A stretch of DNA of 63,493 nt, filler included, from Atractiella rhizophila (Eukaryota), in NCBI GenBank assembly GCA_021432655.1. It is 4 parts of 4 records of this genome, joined end to end, with 100 filler letters (N's around TTAATTAATTAA, not from the genome) between each part and the next. Parts side by side here need not be neighbours in the genome. Positions count along the whole stretch, not along the records: positions 1 to 15,818 come from MU271925.1; positions 15,919 to 31,734 come from MU271926.1; 2 more parts are not named here. One strand, given 5' to 3'. The translations under genes and the position numbers were made by a program. The first letter of the stretch is position 1. Every line of letters begins with the position of its first letter. Of this stretch, positions 13,567-26,241 are shown piece after piece. The notes below the pieces were generated by a model. It saw nothing but the letters and a program-made list of their open reading frames with translations, was not told where the DNA came from and did no database searches.

Positions 13567-13995
13567 TGGTGGGTGAGATGTATACACGTTTGCAGGTAAT
13601 TCAAGTTACTGTTACTGTTGGTCGTTATTCGCGATTGTGAGGGGTGTACGCGATGTCTGCGGGAGGTTTGCGGGAGGTTCGCGCGCTATGGGATTGGAAG
13701 GAAAGTTTTGCATGATAGAGGCAGAGGCAGCGGGTAGACCCAAGTAAGGAATAAATTTCTATAAACAGCTATTATTCAGCCAGAACGACCTACCCTTTGA
13801 CCAAATTGAACACATTTCTGGGCATAATAATGACCGTCGATAAGTTAATGGACGGAAGATTGTGATTTATTAAATCGTATGGTCACTGTTTTAACAACGT
13901 CTGTGGTAGGTGGTAGAAAGCACTCTGACTGATGTCCATAACACAAACGCGAGCGGTCGCAGAAGTCCCTCTTCAAAAGCTCCTTTGGTCATTTC

Positions 13996-15238
13996 TTATT
14001 CTGTGTCTAGTTCCCGCATACGTCTTACCATCTCCTCCACGCTCCCTCCTCCTCCAAGCGCCATCTCGGCCACCTCTCGCGGGTAACGATTCAAGGTATA
14101 TCTAGTAGCGGTCACCTCTTCCTCCGCCACCTTCTTCAGACGCTCGTCAACAACGCGAAGGTTCGGAAAGGAGGGGGCGGAGGCGGGAGGTGTAGAGGAT
14201 AGAGAGATCAGCTCGTCCCAGGTGTATAGAAGGGGATCGGTCGAATGTTTGAGCGGGGAGATATCGAGGATGTACGCTTTCGATTGGTTCGATGATAGGA
14301 CGACGTCAAACGCATCTGTTGGCTGTCAGTCAGCGTTTTGAGATATAGAGGAGGAAGACAAACATGACGTTAGGGGAAAGTTAGGGGCTACGATCGAGTT
14401 GAAGAAATCCAAGAGCAGGTTCCGGATGGTATCGATGACGGAGGGGTCCTGAAGGAATGGATAGAAGTTGAGATCTCGATGAGAAGCAGCTACATCATCC
14501 AGTGTTTTCAGCAGTCTATCGGCTGAGGGGACCACGAAAGACGAACATACCTACAAATCGTCCATCGATCACAAAACATCTCCACTCCTGACTTGGTTGC
14601 ACCTCCTTCCACACTTTTAGCACAAGCTCAACATCGTAGCCTTCTGGTTCTCCATCGACGCACCCATCAAATGCGTAGTCGAGATCTCGAACGATGTTGT
14701 CCGACGCCTTGAGGAGTTGATAAATCTCGGCTGGGGTCGTGCAACGAAGAAAGGCAGAGGTGGGATGGATCCAGGACGCATCCTGTCCAGGTCCCAATTA
14801 GATAATCAATTAAGCGATGGGACGCGAAGAGCAGACCTTGGGGGAAGACCAGTTAAGTTTGGGGAACACGCCAAAAGGGAACCGTTTGAGGTAGGCTAAA
14901 ATGAAGGCGTGCAATTGAGGGAAGTGATATTGTTTTGGGACATCCTCGTCCTCTTCCACTTCTGACTCATCTTCTGTGACTTTCTCGAAACCATCCCTGT
15001 GGTAAATCAAAAAGTCGCTTCAGCCTGAGTACATCATCTCGTGATGAATTGCAAAGAAAACAAACAAAGGCAGAAACAATCCCTCCTGTGCCATCCACTC
15101 CCGAAAATCACACTCTTCCTCTGCACCTATTTTGAAAGAGACCGCTTTTGGGGTCATCGAGTTCTCTCTGAGCGCTGGGATGGAATGCCATGCTGAGAAA
15201 GAGCAAGCGAGCACGTCGCGGGTCGTTACGTTTTCCAT
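13996..15238 (-). CDS. CDC123: Cell division cycle protein 123 (D123, ATP-grasp eIF2 assembly factor)
   Basis: CSFSAW, VFPKLNWSSPK|DASWI, LLKASDNIVRDL, ELVLKVW and EWRCFV. Confidence 0.93.
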
Positions 15239-15453
15239 TTCGTTTCTTCTTGAAATGAAAAACGTTTGCATTCGATCAATCATCCCGACTGGGAGCAAAT
15301 GATTGCCGATTGCCCCCTTGTCCGTTTCTCGGATCCGGAAACGAACACTCGACGTCATTTTGGGATGAAATTTGGAGAGTTTTATAGTCAACTGATTGTG
15401 GAATCGCCTGAAAGATATCGGACAAGGGAAATGTACACTAGGGACGACTGGAA

Positions 15454-15818
15454 ATGACTGAACTCACGGGTTTGTACCTTCTTTCACCGTGTTCATGATG
15501 GAAGCATCGTCAGACCTACGCTAAGGAATGATGAACAGAACTCATTGAATCGCACGACTACCTAATCAAAATAATAATAATCGGCTCGTCAAACGTTGGA
15601 AAGTCATCGTTCGTCCAAAGGTTCCTGACCAACACTTTCCGCACGCCGTCCTCACATACAATCGGAGTCGAGTTCTCTCCCACCCTCCTACGACTTCCTC
15701 CGAAGGGTACCAAGGTGAAGGTACAAATCTGGGACACGGCGGGTCAAGAAAGGTTTCGATCTGTCACGAGGAACTATTATCGAGGTTCAGCTGGCTGCAT
15801 CCTCATGTACGACATCAC
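15454..15818 (+). CDS. Rab GTPase, Rab4/Rab14-like; 3' end cut by scaffold end; not in the ORF track
   Basis: Spliced MTELTELIESHDYLIKIIIIGSSNVGKSS..SHTIGVEF..KVQIWDTAGQERFRSVTRNYYRGSAGCILMYDI. Confidence 0.9.
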
Positions 15819-15918
15819 NNNNNNNNNNNNNNNNNNNNNNNNNNNNNNNNNNNNNNNNNNNNTTAATTAATTAANNNNNNNNNNNNNNNNNNNNNNNNNN
15901 NNNNNNNNNNNNNNNNNN
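15819..15918. other. Artificial scaffold spacer
   Basis: 44N + TTAATTAATTAA (stops in all six frames) + 44N. Confidence 0.97.
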
Positions 15919-16361
15919 CTGGGGACTGGAGCGTTGAATGATATTCTACGCGACGTATCGAGATCGTGCCACGTGCGGACCAGATTTTTGTTCAGCTTGG
16001 ACCTTGACTTGAGGCGTCCAGAAGCTCGTTGAATTTGGATCGAATTCCCAAAGCCAAAGTACGAGACGTCCAGATGGGTCGCCCGTAGACCATGCTGGCA
16101 GCACAGGAAGTTAGTGGGCAGGTGTGTAGTCAATCTCTTCGTGCTTCGTGGAGGTCCACGGAAGATGGGATATGGCTATCATTGATGTTATGCCCTGTGT
16201 CAACTGTCAAGGAAGCGGTTACTTCTGTGCGCTTGTTTTATCAATCGTTCCCCTGACCGTTTCTGATTAACACTGTAGAAGAACCACTGTAGACAAAAAG
16301 ACAGGTTCGTGCATTCCCAGCTTTCTAGACACTTCTAAGACAATGTTTCCTCTTCAATCAT

Positions 16362-17652
16362 CTACTCGTGAATCAAACTCTCGATATACTCCCACATGCC
16401 TTTCCCTTCTTTCTTCCAATCTTTCTCAAAATTTGCATAAGCTTCTCTCCATATTACATTCAGATTCTCCAGCCTTGGATCGACAGGGTGTCTTCTCTCC
16501 CAAGGCTACTCCCTTCATCAACTTCGAATACCTGTGGACGGGGAGAGGGCAAACCTTGTCCATTGTATAATGCAGAATCTTGACTTCTTGCAGGTTGAAT
16601 ACCTCAGGATGAGTGAAGGATAGAGTTTTCAAGGCATTGTATTGCCAGGGGAGAGGGACATATCTTCCGCGGTAGTGGAACCGGAGGAACTCTATCCAAA
16701 TATACTTCAGTCAGCCATTCATTGCGAAGGCAGAAAGAATGAATATGCCTTGATCCCCGAATATGAGATCTGGAACAGTATCGTCGTTGTCCAGACGATC
16801 CTTCAACTTCTCCCATCCTTCCTTCGATGGCGTGTAGACTGTGCAGCCACTGTTGAAAATGTGGTGATTTCTGCGAAAAAAGGGTTATCACTAGTTGTTT
16901 ACAGCAGCTGGAGATTTGTCTACCTGTGAGAATCCGCCGTCAAGACAAGGGGCTGCGGTTGAGCATAAGCACAGTTGGTTGGTGTCCTTCGCATTCCCTC
17001 TAATTAGTACCATGTCGCAGCGCTGGCGTAACATAAGAAAGAACTTGCCAATCGCTCGGGAACTCTTCGTGTTTATTGAAGTTACAGGTGCAATCGGGAG
17101 CAGCGGCGATTTGGTCCTTCTCGAGGGGGAGGGTCATGAGCTCGTCAATGCTTTGAAGGGCCAGCATGTCGGCGTCGAGGCTTACAACACGCTATCTCCG
17201 CTCCTTGTCAATATTGGATGTCAAGTCTTTCGACGGAAGGTTGGAGAAACATACGGCGTATTGGTCCCAGGACACTTGCTTCAACTTCGAGTATGCATCT
17301 GCGAATCGAGGACGGAACAGGTTGTTGATCTTGTGAGCGTTCTTCCCGCCCTGACGTGGCCTTCGTCAGAAAGTTAACTTGGTGGGAGGTGTTTGACGGA
17401 CAGGCAAAACAGGTTCCTCGTCGATGACCTCAATCCCTGCAATTTGAAGTACATCCCTCGCTTTCTGTGGCAACTTGGCAAGTGCGTGAACCACGAGGGG
17501 ATAGACCGTCTTCTGCTCCTTCAGCGAGTGATGTAAGACCAAAACTCCGGGGATGTACGATTCCTACTCTTCCGCTCTCAGCAATGGCTCGACATTTTCA
17601 TGGAACGTACCTGGGTCACGAGAACGGCCCATACACTTTGTTTGTCTGACAT
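16362..17652 (-). CDS. Glycosyltransferase family 8 (glycogenin-like), multi-exon
   Basis: Spliced MSDKQSVWAVLVTQESYIPGVLVLHHSL..RFADAYSKL..RVVSLDADML..DCTCN..IFNSG..GDQEFL..LPWQYNALKT..ILHYTMDKPW. DxD and HYxxxKPW motifs are present. Confidence 0.88.
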
Positions 17653-17997
17653 GTTGATTTGCGATTGTGTCTTAGCTAATTAGATGACGTGTTAAGACAG
17701 AGAGGATAGTGGGAGGTGCGTCCTTTATAACAGCTGTCTAATGTCCTGTAATGTCAGAAAACGGTGTCGTCATTGGGATTCTTCTATCGGCTTGTATCGG
17801 CAATAGGATGGTGGAAGCGACGGTTGAGACTCTGGCTGTTGCTTGTACTGTCACCGCTGGATGCTGGCAGGGATACGCGTTGGAACACAGAGCGTTAACA
17901 TTACATGGATAATAGTAACAATCGGGATTGGGATAATTCCAATTCAAAGCGGATCAAATCAATCAGCGTCAGGCAGCTTTCTGCAGTCAAACAGAAA

Positions 17998-18597
17998 CTA
18001 TTTCAATTCTTTATGACATCTCGAGTATACCAGCCCCCGTAGTATTCGTTCGCCTCAGCATGAACCTGCCGTTAGGTCAAAACTCTCTTCGAAGCAGGAC
18101 GAAGGGACTGTACCTCCTCGTCATCGACATAGGCTTTCCAGCCTCCAGCGGAGCTGCCTTGATTTGAAGAGCTGGGATAGAAAGCCAAGAACCCTTTTAA
18201 CTCTTTGAAATCTGGAATTGGATTGTGGTAGCTCCAGATGCGCGATTCAACGGCCGGTGTGTTGGACGAAGGCAACACAAGGTCATAATAAGTCGCGTCT
18301 CCCTTCCACTGAACGCGTCCAGCAATCAGATTGATAATCTATGTTGCCAGTACAGAAGGGAGAGCTCACAGGACAATGAGTCGTTTTGTCCTCGTGCACT
18401 TTCAAAAGGTCCATCTTCACATCTTCTGGAGGAAGGTACCACGCTGGCGGATGGTTCGTCTCCAGCACTCTAACGGCTCGAGTTGTGTCTACGATGACGA
18501 CTTCTTCAGCTTCTCCATTGCCATGCCATACAACTCGTACTCTCTTGCTAGATGGATCGAGCTTAGGAGGGCGGGGATAGGTTTTGGGATCCTCCAT
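17998..18597 (-). CDS. DUF427 (NTP_transf_9) family protein
   Basis: YPRPP..RVLETNHPPAWYLP..THCP|WKGDATYY..WSYHNP..LAFY..YYGGWYT. Confidence 0.88.
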
Positions 18598-19368
18598 TCA
18601 GTTTGCGTCGAGCTGTTCTGTTCTCCGAGCTGTTTGATGAGCACTAGTAGGTAAATGGGTGACCTAGGTAGGAATATTGAGAGGGTGCCTTTTATTTAGA
18701 CCACAGGAGGAGATGATTCTGCTTGGGCCGGTGGAGCTGTTGCCTATTGCTTGGTCATCGAAGCGGGGAGACCATCCCCTGGCACGGTAACTTGTTGATT
18801 GGGAAGGGAAGGGAAGATCTTGCGCCGACTTCAAGTTCACTCTCAGAAACTGAGCTCCATGCATGACACGCAATCACAGCAAAGATTGTTCCAGCGCTTC
18901 ACCAGGAGGCGCTACAATTACAGTACTATTTAATCTAGTTCGGTGGGCTCCGAACACGCCGAGTAAATGGAAACAATTGTTCTAATCAAGGAACGTCTGA
19001 AGAACAGCCATTTTTCTATTTCAGACATTATTCCTGTGATCTTCCCTCATCATCAGCTGCAGCCTGAAATTATTCCTGTAATTCCCCAACATTCAAAATG
19101 TTCAGGGTCAATACAAACGAGGTCCTGAGATTGAACACTTTCAGATGGAATTCAGAATCTGGAGGCGCCAAGTAAATCCCGGCATCGAAGAAGCTCAGCT
19201 GTCACGGAATGCACCTTGGAACTGGGCGACCATAAAAAGAAAGCCCCTCCAAATTGATCGCCCCATCTCGAGATCTTCGAAGCTAAGCGTTAGCAGAGAA
19301 CAATCCATCGTCGTAGGTCTTATCGCTGCCATGTGGTGCCCATCTGATTTGTTTGATCAAAGAGTAAT

Positions 19369-19550
19369 ATGAAGTTCTCACTCGTTCTCTTCACCACCGT
19401 TCTCGTGGCCGTCAGTGCCCTTGTCATCCCCCAAGTACGTCTTCATATTTTCGCAAGGGAGAGACAATGACACTTTTGCAGGAGAAACGGGGAGACGATG
19501 ACGAAGTCAGCGTTCTGTGGGTCGGTACTCCTCGCCCTTGGAAGGAGTGA
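19369..19550 (+). CDS. Small secreted peptide precursor, 44 aa, 2 exons
   Basis: Exons 19369-19434 and 19482-19550 (GTACGT..CAG intron) give MKFSLVLFTTVLVAVSALVIPQEKRGDDDEVSVLWVGTPRPWKE*. Confidence 0.7.
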
Positions 19551-19936
19551 AAGGGGGTCGCTGTTTACATTTCGTTCTGGTGCCACTCAAGACTTGGACT
19601 TTTCAATGCTGTTCACCCGTGTATCGTCTCTTTGTCCTCCAAACCCATCTCGATGGTCGAACACACACGTTATTCAAGTTGCTCAATATTCAATGTTCAA
19701 CATCCTGTTGCCGTTCTTTACCCTCGTTCCTGAATGTTCGCATGGAATATACTCTTTTGGCTCGTCTGCCCAATACTTCCAAGACCAAGCGACCTCTCCT
19801 CGATACCCTTTCCATCCCGCTCCGACCCTGTTAGTGGGCAGAGGGACCAAGCAATCAGGGAAAGGTAATTGATTGTCGCTGCATTCCAAGTATTTCCTTT
19901 TAACGACACAAATCATAACAAGATCACATCCACTTC

Positions 19937-21447
19937 TCACAACTTAGCTACCCTCCTTCCGTCCTTATCCTCTGAGAAATTAGTCTTCGACCTCCATTTT
20001 CCCTGCAATACGCCCTTGTTCCACTTGATCAAGATGTCCGTTAACTCATCCCTGAATCGCGGATCCTGGAGCGCCCAATGGTCGCTTCCATCCGACAGTT
20101 TTGTCCACCACAAGTTCTTGGATGGGAAAGCGCGCCACATCGATTTGGCCTTCGACAGCCCGAGGGGCAAGGCACCGTCGTGAGTGGGAGAGATGAAGAG
20201 AGCCGGTGCAATGGGAGGGAACGAGACGGGAAGATCTGAGTTGTGTGACCTATGAGCGAGGTTTGTAAATGGAGAAGGTAAACGTACTCTTCTCATCATC
20301 CCAGTTGATCTCTCGGTTCCTATAGTAATTGAGAGGATATTCGAATCCACCTTTCTTGAAATTTTCATAATAGTATCTCAACTCCTACTTCCTCCAATGA
20401 GCGGCCAGTCCAAGACGTGCAGTGGAAGAAAATAGCTGCATACCGGATCCTTATCCAACACTCCGGATTTCAGAATCATTTCCTCTCTTCCCATCGCCAA
20501 CTGTTTCCTTGTGTTCTTTTCCATCTCGCCTTCATAAGCCCACCGTCCGCTCTTCTCTTGCGGTTGATTGCTGTGGCTCGCGAATCCGAACGAGGGGGCG
20601 AGGAAGGTGGCAGGTGCCTTGTCAAGGAGTTCGGTGCCTGCTTTCGAAGCGAAGAAGAGCTGATAGCTGTTTGTACGAGTGTCAGATAGTGAAGATTCCT
20701 TGCGGAGGGACATACCCAAATGTTGGCACCGAAGTCTTGACCATTGTTTCCAGAGGTACAAAGTCTCCTTTCGGCTGACGAGGCAGGGGTGAATGGAACG
20801 CAGATGCTATCTATTCCTGATCCATTTCTGTTGCATACTCTCGAGATGAAAAGACGAACGACACGATGCCTTGGACTTTGTCAGGGTAGTAGAGCCAGAA
20901 ACGTTGTCCTATTATTGCTCCCCTTCCATAATTTCAGGTTCGAACAGGATGAAATAGATCCGGGACGGCGTACCAGTCATGGCATACAATCAATACCTTG
21001 TCCTCTTTCGCTAAACCAACACCATCTTCCAAAAGCTCCTTCAAATCCCTCGCAATACTCTTATACCCGTATTTCTCCAACTCCTTCGGTTTATCCTGTC
21101 CATTCGTCAGATTCGCGTTGTAAGTTCTCCATGTAGGACTGGCGTACGGTTCCTCCATATCCCAGTTGGTCGGGGACAATAACCCTCCAGCCTTGTTCTA
21201 CGAAGGGTCGAATCTGATAGCGGTAACCCCACCACCTGCACGAATATGAATGGCCAGAGAACACGAGGTAGGGAAGGAAATAAGCGTACAGGTCAGGGAA
21301 GCCGTGACAACATAGGATAGTGGGATGCTTCTTCGGGTCATATGAAGCAGGCTTTTCGTCAATGTAATCTGTGTAACCAGTCATGAGCTTTATAGTGCAA
21401 CGATTGAAAGGAAGGCAACTGTGGACCCTGGCGTGCTTTTGGGTCAT
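19937..21447 (-). CDS. Alpha/beta-fold soluble epoxide hydrolase with PTS1 (-AKL); start approximate
   Basis: HGFPDL|WWGYRYQI, RVIVPDQLGYGGT, VCHDW|GA and DHWALQD; ends ...RVAKL*. Confidence 0.9.
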
Positions 21448-23222
21448 ACCAGCTGACTGCAAGAGAATGTCACAGCAGAAGAGAAGCGCAGAACAGCAAA
21501 GTTTACACTTTGGATTCCGAGAGTCACAATTGACCAGTAGACATCCGTATTAATACAGGAAGGTAGTTTGAGGTCGTAAAGCGATGACTTTCAATTCCGG
21601 GAACGCAGGATTCTCAGGAAGCTGGTCTGCCTTCAGACAAGGACTAGAATCCGCCAAAATGATTACGAAATACTTGAAAAGCAATCTTTCTCCATTCCCA
21701 CTCTACCACACATCCAGAAAGGAACTACTTACGGTACCTATGCCCACTCGTCTTCACAGTGTGGAAAGCGTGATTGAATGTCTGAGGATCCATCTGCACG
21801 AACTCTCAGCCGCAACTCCAACCTCCAAGATATGTTATACAAGCGTTCAAGGCGAGTTTAAGCTGTTCAGCGTCGACGCTGCTCGCCAATCCACACCGCA
21901 CCGGCTTCTTCGCTTCTGTTTCGAGCCGCAGTGTTGAAGGTATTTCTACCCGAACACGGGAAGGAACAACAACTTTGAACACTTCAACTGCTTGAACTAC
22001 CCTTGCAAAGTAAGATCGGGCCAATTGGAGCTAGTATCACTAATAAGTTGATAATCTAAATCTACGACATAACACTGTTCATCCAAGACTTCGCCTCATG
22101 GAAATGCAGCCCCCGTTCCATGCACATACTCCCATGTCAACATTGCTTTCGGGAAAGCCAGGATGGTAGGACCTCTCGCAAATCCACGCCTGGTGGTTCC
22201 CCTACGAGATCAATCTGGAACATGCATAAGCTTCCGAATCGATAGATAAACGACTGGATGACAACCGCGTGGCTTCTTGCAAGATCTTTAAAGCTCTCTA
22301 TCTCGCTCTGGATCCTCCGCATCGCTTTCTCGCCGTATCGTATCACAGCGCTTTGTTCCTTTGTGGTACCTTCCAACAGTTACAACCATTTTGTTATCAA
22401 GCACATCGAGCAGAATCGTCGTAGGAAAGGAAACATAAGCTGCATTGCAGACCCAGCCGTATTACATCTCAGGGGGAATCGATAGAATACTACGCTGCAT
22501 AGACTGAAGCGAATTCCCTTTCGCTGTCAAAGAGGTTATTGTTTCAGCGACCTCTTCCTTTCGGGTGCGGTTTCTAGAGAACCGCCGAACTCATGTCTCC
22601 GATTCTGTGAAACAGATCAGATTTCATTGCTTCATTGAAACTCCTGCTTTAGTGCACTCGTAAACAAACGAGTTATGACTACTAGTTCTGCTGGGTAACG
22701 GAAGAGAAGGGCGATTATGATTGGAGTTATTTGACTGAAGGGTCCGCCGTCCTAAACCCAGTTTGTACAGGAGGTGGGAGGAGAGAGCCGCTCCCATTTG
22801 AGCAGGAAGTCGATAAGGGCCGCGTGCTGAACACCGGGATGCAATAACTGCAGACGACAACCACATTAGGCGGAAGATTCGCCCTCCTGGCTCACCTTCA
22901 CGAGAGAAGGAAAGAAAGGCATGGACGACTGTATAGTCCAATGTTATTATGCTCACGGCTGGAAAGACTCTGATTAAAGGTAACTCATTCTGTAACTAGT
23001 CTCACATCGAGGTCAAGGAATCATGCAGGATTAATCTTCATCCGTCCTCGTCCGTCACTGTTTTATCCGCTGTCGTCAGCATGTTGAGGTTTTTGACTTG
23101 ATTATACAATGCATAATGCGCTGCGACCCATTGAAGTCAGCAGCTTTTTCCTTAACTCCAAGCGAAGTGCCCGCTGGTGCTCCGGTGCCCAGTCTGACAT
23201 CGCCAGTTGTTTCAATTCGAAA

Positions 23223-24540
23223 TCAAAGTCGGCGCAATTGTATACGAAATACTAGGCGACTGAAGCCGAGCTGTTTGGACGTCACTGCTTCGACAACGTC
23301 TGCAACAACTCCATCCACAAATTCCTCCTTGTCAAGGATCGCGAAATTTTCAGGGCATGCAATGTCAATGATTATCTTAACCAGATCCAACCAAGGCGTA
23401 ACAGGATGGAACATTTGCAAAAGATGCCTGACTTGGGTTGGAGGAACGAAAAGTTCGACGTGGTTCAGGTTTGGCAAAGTGTCACGCCCGAGAGAGGTGA
23501 TTTCCTTCGTTGTAGTCCAGCGGAGACCGTACAACTCCTTCTTCAGGCTGACGGAAAGGTATTCGGTCCCTGGGAAAGCGACAATCACCTTCTGCCACAT
23601 ATGTATTGTGTTCTTGCTGTCGGACGAAACGACAATTTCCAATCGTCTGACACTTGCTGACCAAATGGCCGAGCAGGGCCGTTGTGTAAAAAAGAGATCG
23701 TAAGGCTTCGTGTCCAAAATTTGAAGCTTCAAATCCTGAAGGAGACGGAGAGACTTGAGGGAACCAGGCAGTCCTTCAAAGGTGGTAGAATCCACTAGAA
23801 CAGAGAACGCCCGAAGAGCGGGAGGTGTCCACGCAACTGTTCTGGAAAAGTATCTAGCATCTATCGCGACGACATCTAGATTTTCTGATACGTCTACATA
23901 GCCGGTAGGTAAAGTCATATTCTGCAAGTGGGGCAGTCCCCGAATGATCCTGGTGAGATCAAGACCTGGGAGCTTCGCACGGTTCCAACCTCGACAGTAG
24001 ACGAAGGAAGTTATATTTCCCCCATGCTGTGGTGAGAGCTCGATGAACGTCTCCATCTCCTGCTGGACTGTTCGCGTCGCGTGCTCGTTGTAACTCAGAA
24101 GTACCTTCGTCGCCATATCATGACAGAGAAGATCGCCGCTCTTCGCTAAAGGGTCGAACAATACGATAAGTTTGACCGTATGCACAAATTTATAAAGACG
24201 AGGCGGAAAGGAGCCATAAGAAATGTCGCGGACCCATCCGTGTTCCTCTCCACTGCGTTCAGACAAAGGGTTCTGCAGCAAGCCATGAAGAGCCCGTCGA
24301 AGGCAGAGAGTATGAGGTTTCTTGTCCCTGTGTAAAAAAGGATCGTGTGGCGGCTTCAAGTAATGGAGCGGAAAAGTCACAGTGGAGAAGATGAACGGCG
24401 TGAGGAAGGCCTCAAATGAGCGGCAAACGGTTCGAAGAGAGGCTAAAACCAGGGGACAAACTGATACGAGCATGAGGATATGCAGTCTGATTTCGATAGG
24501 GAGTAAGAGAAAGTGATGGAATTCTAAGCAGGATGAGTCT
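23223..24540 (-). CDS. F-box-like protein with RNI/LRR-like C-terminus; ends approximate
   Basis: The frame extends upstream of the 416-aa ORF as FLLLPIEIRLHILMLVSVCPLVLASLRTVCRSF, an F-box pattern. LxxL repeats follow. Confidence 0.65.
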
Positions 24541-26241
24541 GGAGCTGCTTTCCTAGTAAGCTGTGCCGCAGAGAGGGGATGCAGATATGGAACCCACTTT
24601 TACGGCTCTCGAGGATGCCCAAAGTGCGAACCCAATCTTCCTTATCGACATGAAGACCTAAGACACAGATAAAAGCTATTATTTCTTCAATGCCTTCGAA
24701 GAAGGCTTAGTGATAAACCTACGGTCTCGCAATTTCCTGAGATTCGGTGTAGGTAATAGCATCTCTGCTAGCTTACGCCTGATAAATGTCAATATCTTCA
24801 TTCTCTCCAAATGAACTTCTAGATGCTAAGTATGAAGGCAGAATCTCGTCTCACTGAGAGAGTTAGTTTGGTACAACAAGGGAGATATTGTCCACCCCGC
24901 CCGAGAAAAATCCATCTCATCACTCGCCTTGCTGTTTCTTTCCCGGACTACAACTAGGAGTTATAGAAGGGGAACCCGTAGGAGGCGGGCACCATTCTTC
25001 TGGTAGGTGTTTTCGGCAATCATTTCTCAGCACAAACTGTCCCTCTCTGCCTTCGCTTTACCTACATGGCGATAATGTAGAGAGACAAAGGCAGGACAAG
25101 TGTGCCAATTGTACAGCACGCAGAAGTGGGGCAAGAAACCTCAGTCATTCGGACAGTGCCTGGAATGATCAAGCACATGGAGATATTTTGATCCTGTTAT
25201 AAAGCAGGTAGCAACGCACTTGCCAGTTCCTCATGCCTTGCATTTGAACGAACCGCTGTGCCGTTGAACTGCGTACAAACTAGCGTTACACACCGAAACT
25301 CTTGGTTGTGCTGCATTAAAACAAGGTATAGCACACGAAGAGCTAATTGGAAGCAGAAGTGATAGGAAATAGGGATAGGTGCAGGGTCACGTGACACACA
25401 GTTGTTGTGAATACGGCGTATACGGAAAGGTTAAGGTTAGAAATGCGGGAGTGCTGAATGCGAGGTTGAGACTAAGGAACGAGTCTGAATTTACATAGCT
25501 GTACGATAGGCCTTATATAAACATGAAATACCAATGATACCATAAACAAACATCGAAGATGCAAGAGAGTAAAGTAACAATCATAAGAGACGAAATAGTG
25601 GAGTAAGGAGAGATACTAACAATCATTACAGGATCACCTAATGCGTGACCTGAATGTTGCAATGAGGGGAAGAATGATGGGGAGAGAAGAGATGTTGGAA
25701 GGACAGGGACTTCCCCAAAGTAGTATCGAAGCAGTAGACGGGAACCATGACTCTACGGAGGAGTCATCGTATCCACATTGTCTGAAAGAGGTACACATCA
25801 CAATGCCAATTGTGTTATCTTTGGACAAGAGAGAGTGATCATGAAACCATCCAATCACAGTATCCTCGCTTTGACTGCGATCTCCCCAAATTTTGAGCGT
25901 AACCGCTAGCAGAGGCTTTCAGGGACGCACCTCTATCCATACAAGTATGATGCAATAAAACATGTTACTTCTTTCATCCAAGGCGCCTCTCCATCTCTTT
26001 CCCCTCTCGCAAGTTCATGGAACACTCTAGCACGCATTATTGCAATCTCTTCTACCCTGCTCCATGCTACTTCGCTCGCACAAGTATATGTTTGCCGTCT
26101 GAAACACGGACGATGAGGTTGGTTCGTCGTTTTTCTCGCATCTCGATCACCTTTGCTTTTTCATTCTGGCAAGATTGAGAAAGAACTTTGACGACGACTG
26201 AGAGAGCCTCTCTCTACCAGGCACTCCATATTAGAATACCA

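Noticed and set aside
15863..15874. TTAATTAATTAA recurring every ~15.9 kb as a biological periodic motif
   Set aside because: Always centred in 44N flanks; it is an all-frame-stop linker.
17738..17947. Cys-rich 69-aa ORF
   Set aside because: No ATG or signal peptide; it lies in the spacer between DUF427 and GT8.
25429..25441. GGTTAAGGTTAG (also ~40089) as telomeric repeats
   Set aside because: Only two imperfect units.
25634..26200. Possible spliced minus-strand gene divergent from REX4
   Set aside because: I could not build a consistent open model.
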